From Mobula hypostoma (lineage: Eukaryota): a stretch of 64,000 bases of DNA. The notes beneath the pieces are model-generated. The model searched no databases, was not told the DNA's origin, and saw nothing but the letters and a program-made list of their open reading frames with translations. The translations under genes and the position numbers were made by a program. Shown piece by piece: positions 59,771 through 64,000 of the stretch (the stretch's first letter is position 1; every line of letters begins with the position of its first letter). The stretch covers positions 106,766,001 through 106,830,000 of the forward strand of contig NC_086108.1 of NCBI RefSeq assembly GCF_963921235.1, in the 5' to 3' direction.

Positions 59771-60887
59771 CTTTTGTGAGCATTTGGTCTGAATATTTTT
59801 CAGTCGCAGGGAAATTCAAAACTTTGTGCCTTGCTTGCTTTAAATTCCCCAAGAGAGTTGAGAAAAGCTAATGAAATAAACACTAATTTGAACTGGCTTA
59901 CAGGTTTAGAGTGCTGGTGACATTGAGCTGTGAATTATGCAGTCAGCTGTTGAAAGGAGACAATTTTCCCTCCATAGTTGTGCTGGCTACTTCTTAGAGC
60001 AATCAAATTACTCCCACGCTCCCACTCCTTCTCCCTGGGCCTGCATCATTTCCCCTTTCATGTCTGTCATCTATTTATTTCTCAAATCTCACAATTGAAT
60101 CTGCTTTTACTGCTCTTCCCGACTGTGAATTTTGAATCAGAACTCACTGAACAAAAAAAAAGTTTTCTCCTGTGGTTCATTCCTTTAAATGTGTGTCGTT
60201 GAGTTACTGACCCTTCTGTCAGTCACATCATTATCCTTGAATTAATTCCATTAAAATTCTTCCCTCAGATAGGTACCAACAGCCTCTCTGCCCTTGATAA
60301 ATTCAGCTTTGTACTTTCCCCTCTGTGGGGTGGACCCTTGGGTGTTTTAGCTGTAGATGGCCTTGACAGCATTGAAGAAACCATGCATATTATGGTGAAC
60401 AGCAAGTCATCAAAGTCGCCTGCTCTTTCTACCCTCCATCTGTTCTTCAGGTCGCTGATTTTCCATTGAACCCTAGTATTTGGGACCCTATAGAGTGAAC
60501 TTTTCTCCCCTGAGGTTTGGTGCAACTACCTTTCCAAAAACGTCTTGCATTGGTGGTTAATTAGCACCAGGAACCTCTAGCCATTTCCATCAAACCAGCT
60601 CCAGTGGAGGAGATGAAACAGAGACCTAGAATGTGTTTCAAGGTAAGGACAAATATGTTAACGTTTTACAAGTGAGTTGTACCAGAAGGTTAGAGACAGG
60701 AGGAGATGGGCTTAATCTCTGTATAATAAAGAAGGGCAAGGGAAGAGACAGCAAAACAATACAAGATGGTTATTTTCAGAATAGTTAGTACCCCTCAACT
60801 ATCAGGCTTTTACACCTAAGGAGATAATTTTGGGTCATGGCAGTTCTGCTCGCTGCTCCATGATGACTTGCCCACAGAAAGCAAAGA

Positions 60888-61922
60888 CCAGTCATATTCT
60901 GCATGGAGGCCAGTCACCAGTGGTGTGCCTCAGGGATCTGTTCTGGGACCCTTACTCTTTGTGATTTTTATAAACGACCTGGATGAGGAAATGGAGGAAT
61001 GGGTTAGTAAGTTCGCTGATGACACAAAGGTTGGGTATATTGTGGATAGTGTGGAGGGCTGTCAGAGGTTACAGCGGGACATTGATAGGATGCAAAACTG
61101 GGTTGAGAAGTGGCAGATGGAGTTCAACCTAGATAAGTGTGAAGTGGTTCAGTTTGGTAGGTCAAACACGATTGCAGAATATAGCATTAATGGTAAGACT
61201 CTTGGCAGTGTGGAGGATCAGAGGAATCTTGGGGTCCGAGTCCCTAGGACGCTCAAAGCAGCTGCACAGGTTGACTCTGTGGTTAAGAAGGTGTACGGTG
61301 TATTGGCCTTCATCAATCGTGAGATTGAATTTGGGAGCCAAGTGGTAATGTTGCAGCTATATAGGACCCTGGTCAGACCCCACTTGGAGTACTGTGGTCA
61401 GTTCTGGTCGCCTCACTACAGGAAGGATATGGAAGCCATAGAAAGGGTGCAGAGGAGATTTACAAGGATGTTGGCTGGATTGGGGAGCATGACTTATGAG
61501 AATAGATTGAGTGAACTCAGCCTTTTCTCCTTGGAGCGACGGAGGATGAGAGGTGACCTGATAGAGGTGTATAAAATGATGAGAGGCATTGACCATGCGG
61601 ATAGTCAGAGGCTTTTCCCCAGGGCTGAAATGGTTGCCACAGGAGGACACAGGTTTAAGGTGCTGGGGAGTAGGTACAGAGGAGATGTCAGGGGTAAGTT
61701 TTTTACTCAGAGAGTGGTGAGTGCGTGGAATGGGCTGCCGACAACGATGATGGAGGCGGATACGATAGGGTCTTTTAAGAGACTATTGGATAGGTACATG
61801 GAGCTTAGAAAAATAGAGCATTATGGGTAAGCCTAGTAATTTCTAAGGTAGGGACATGTTCGGCACAACTTTGTGGGCCGAATGGCCTGCATTGTCCTGT
61901 CAGTTTTCTGTGTTCTCTGTTT
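60888..61922 (+). mobile_element. Relatively young 5'-truncated CR1 with an uninterrupted 320-aa RT/C-terminal frame
   Basis: ORF 60868..61830: SGVPQGSVLGPLLF, SKFADDTK, LVRPHLEYC, FFTQRVVSAWNGLP. Confidence 0.92.
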
Positions 61923-62869
61923 ACTCCACCCTCCACTGTACTGAGACTAAGGCTGCCTGCTGCTCTGGGCTTTGTGTCTGTGAGCCTTGCAATGATTTGC
62001 CCCACTTTGTGATGAACTGAGGCTGAGGCTGCGGGCCTTCTCTGGCTGTTCTGGGCTTTGTGTCTATGGACTCACTTTCGTTCTGAAGGCTGCTGCCTGC
62101 TTTTGTTGTTTGCATGATTTGTGTTTTCTACTCTCTTTACACATTGGGTGTTGGTCTCCCTTTTTTGTAATTGGGTTCTTTTGGGTGTTTTGCTTTGAGG
62201 CTGCCTGTAAGCAGGCAAATCTCAAGGCTGTATAATTTATACATACTTTGATAATAAATCTACTTTTGAACCTTGAGGAAGGTAGTACAGGAGTCTTACA
62301 TCCCACACCACCAGATTCAAGAACAGTTATTACCCCTCAACCATCAGACGTTTGAACCAAAAGGGCTTTCCCCATCAATGAACTGTTCTCACAATCTATG
62401 GACTCACTTCCAATGAATCTTCATCTCATGTTTTTGATACTTATTGCTTACTTATATTTTATTATTTTCTTATTTTTTATTTGATAGTTTGTTATCTTTT
62501 GCACATTGTTTCTATTCAAGATGGATAAACAATCAATCTTTTATTGTTTCTATTGTGTTTCTTTGTATTTACTGTGAATGCCCACAAGAAAATGAATCAC
62601 AGCGTTGTGTATGGTGACACATATGTACTTTGATAATAAGTTTACTTTGAATAAGGTTGGTTACGGTGAGTAGAGGATAGTTTAACGGACATGTCAGAGG
62701 TAGTAGAGAGTTGTCAGTGTTGTCTATACTTCCGTGCCTCTTGACGCTGCTGCAAGTAGCTTTTTCATTGTACCTGTACCTCACTGTACTTGTGCACAGG
62801 ACAAAGTTGCCTTCAAAGTTCAAAGTAGGTTTATGATCAATGTAAATATGTATATGTCACCATGTACAG

Positions 62870-63517
62870 AAAGACTGGCAAAAAGTATCTCCTTGGCCAT
62901 CAACAACAGTAGGCACCTCCACCAACTTAGAAAGCCCATAGCCTTTGTCAAGAGTTGAGACCAACCACAGCCTCAGCCCAGATCACTGGCAGGTTTGCAC
63001 GCCACAGTGTCTGACTAGCAACTGAAAGTCAATCTTGGCTAGCAACAGAAGTGTCCTCACTTCATCGCATCATTATCCCTGAAGCCTGCCATAGTCATTC
63101 TGTCAAAAACGCCGAAGCAGTTGGTCACGGTAGAACTGATATTTCCTTGGGAAGACTGGATTGAGGAACCGTTTGAGTGTAAGAAAGTGAAATACCAGGA
63201 GTTGGTAGAGCAGTGTCAGAGACGGAGGCAGGAGGGGCATGGTACAAACCTACAGAGGCGAGGTGAAGAGTTTTGCTGGCTGACTTGCTCCACAGAACCT
63301 ACTCTCTCCTTAGCATTAGGCGCTGCAAAGAGAAGAACCATCAGGACCATCACAGCGGCTGCTGAGTGAGCATCCAGGTGTCTATGGATCAAGAGGTGTG
63401 ACCTGTGGATCAATGCTGCTGGGACAAAAGCCAGCACCCAATCATCCCTGGCTGGGCTGCCTGGATGAGAGTGTCTGATGTTGAAACTCCTGATGATTCC
63501 GGGTTACATCATTAATG
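62870..63517 (+). mobile_element. HERO/NeSL-like LINE 3' fragment (restriction-like endonuclease domain), decayed
   Basis: KQLVTVELIFPWEDWIEEPFECKKVKYQELVEQC matches the RLE pattern E-L-T-V-P-W-E...K..KY; followed by a 3' UTR. Confidence 0.7.
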
Positions 63518-63519
63518 TA

Positions 63520-64000
63520 GGAAATAGAGACGGTCAGAGCCGTCTCTATTTCCTGAGGAGACTGAGGTCCTTTAACATCTGCCAGACGATGCTGAGGATG
63601 TTCTACGAGTCTATGGTGACCAGTGCTATCATGTTTGCTGTTGTGTGCTGGGGCAGCAGGCTGAGGGTAGCAGACACCAACTGAATCAACAAACTCATTC
63701 GTAAGGCCAGTGCTGTTGTGGGGATGGAACTGGACTCTCTGACGGTGGTGTCGGAAAAAAGGATGCTGTCTAAGTTGCATGCCATCTTGGACAATGTCTC
63801 CCATCCACTACATAATGTACTGGGTGGGTACAGGAGTACATTCAGCCCGAGACTCATTCCACCGAGATGCAACACAGAGCGTCATAGGAAGTCATTCCTG
63901 CCTGTGGCCATCAAACCTTACAACTCCTCCCTTGGAGGGTCAGACACCCTGAGCCAATAGGCTGGTACTGGACTTATTTCCTGGCACAATTTACATATTA
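63520..64000 (+). mobile_element. Rex1/Babar-type LINE 3' fragment (runs off the window)
   Basis: GQSRLYFLRRLRSF, FYESMVTSAIMFAVVCWG, SHPLH, RHRKSFLPVAIK. Confidence 0.85.

Noticed and set aside
60265..60642. Standalone exon(s) or minus-strand ORF in a unique region
   Set aside because: There is a strong donor (AAG/GTAAGG near 60642) but no convincing acceptor-frame pair and no recognisable homology; kept only as a possible terminal-exon hypothesis
60868..61830. Domesticated or functional RT gene
   Set aside because: It is a 5'-truncated CR1 lacking the EN and N-terminal RT subdomains; the start codon is a TTG in flanking DNA, and the open frame is explained by youth

Overview
Eukaryotic, repeat-dominated DNA with no complete intact protein-coding gene and no CRISPR, rRNA or true tRNA gene. 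The repeat mix (CR1 LINEs, Rex1/Babar-type LINE 3' ends, V-SINEs, Penelope-like termini, RTE) suggests a cartilaginous fish such as a ray or shark, but that is inference. Main structures: a decayed near-full-length RTE LINE (3524-11819, 12-bp TSD) with a near-full-length CR1 nested antisense in its endonuclease region and an ~800-bp Penelope-derived palindrome (14-bp TSD); a second RTE (about 27430-29904); a 5'-inverted (twin-primed) L1 with a 12-bp TSD; two solo LTRs with 4-bp TSDs; a multiply palindromic mariner-derived MITE; Tc1 remnants; a HERO-like restriction-like-endonuclease fragment; and many SINEs and CR1/Rex fragments. The most interesting signal is a family of Penelope-like termini carrying a minimal type-I hammerhead ribozyme motif, repeatedly inserted as head-to-head foldbacks. 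One isolated candidate host exon (50806-50957, +) lies 73 bp downstream of a solo LTR. Most short ORFs in the track are TE remnants or their antisense shadows. Boundaries of old fragments are approximate.
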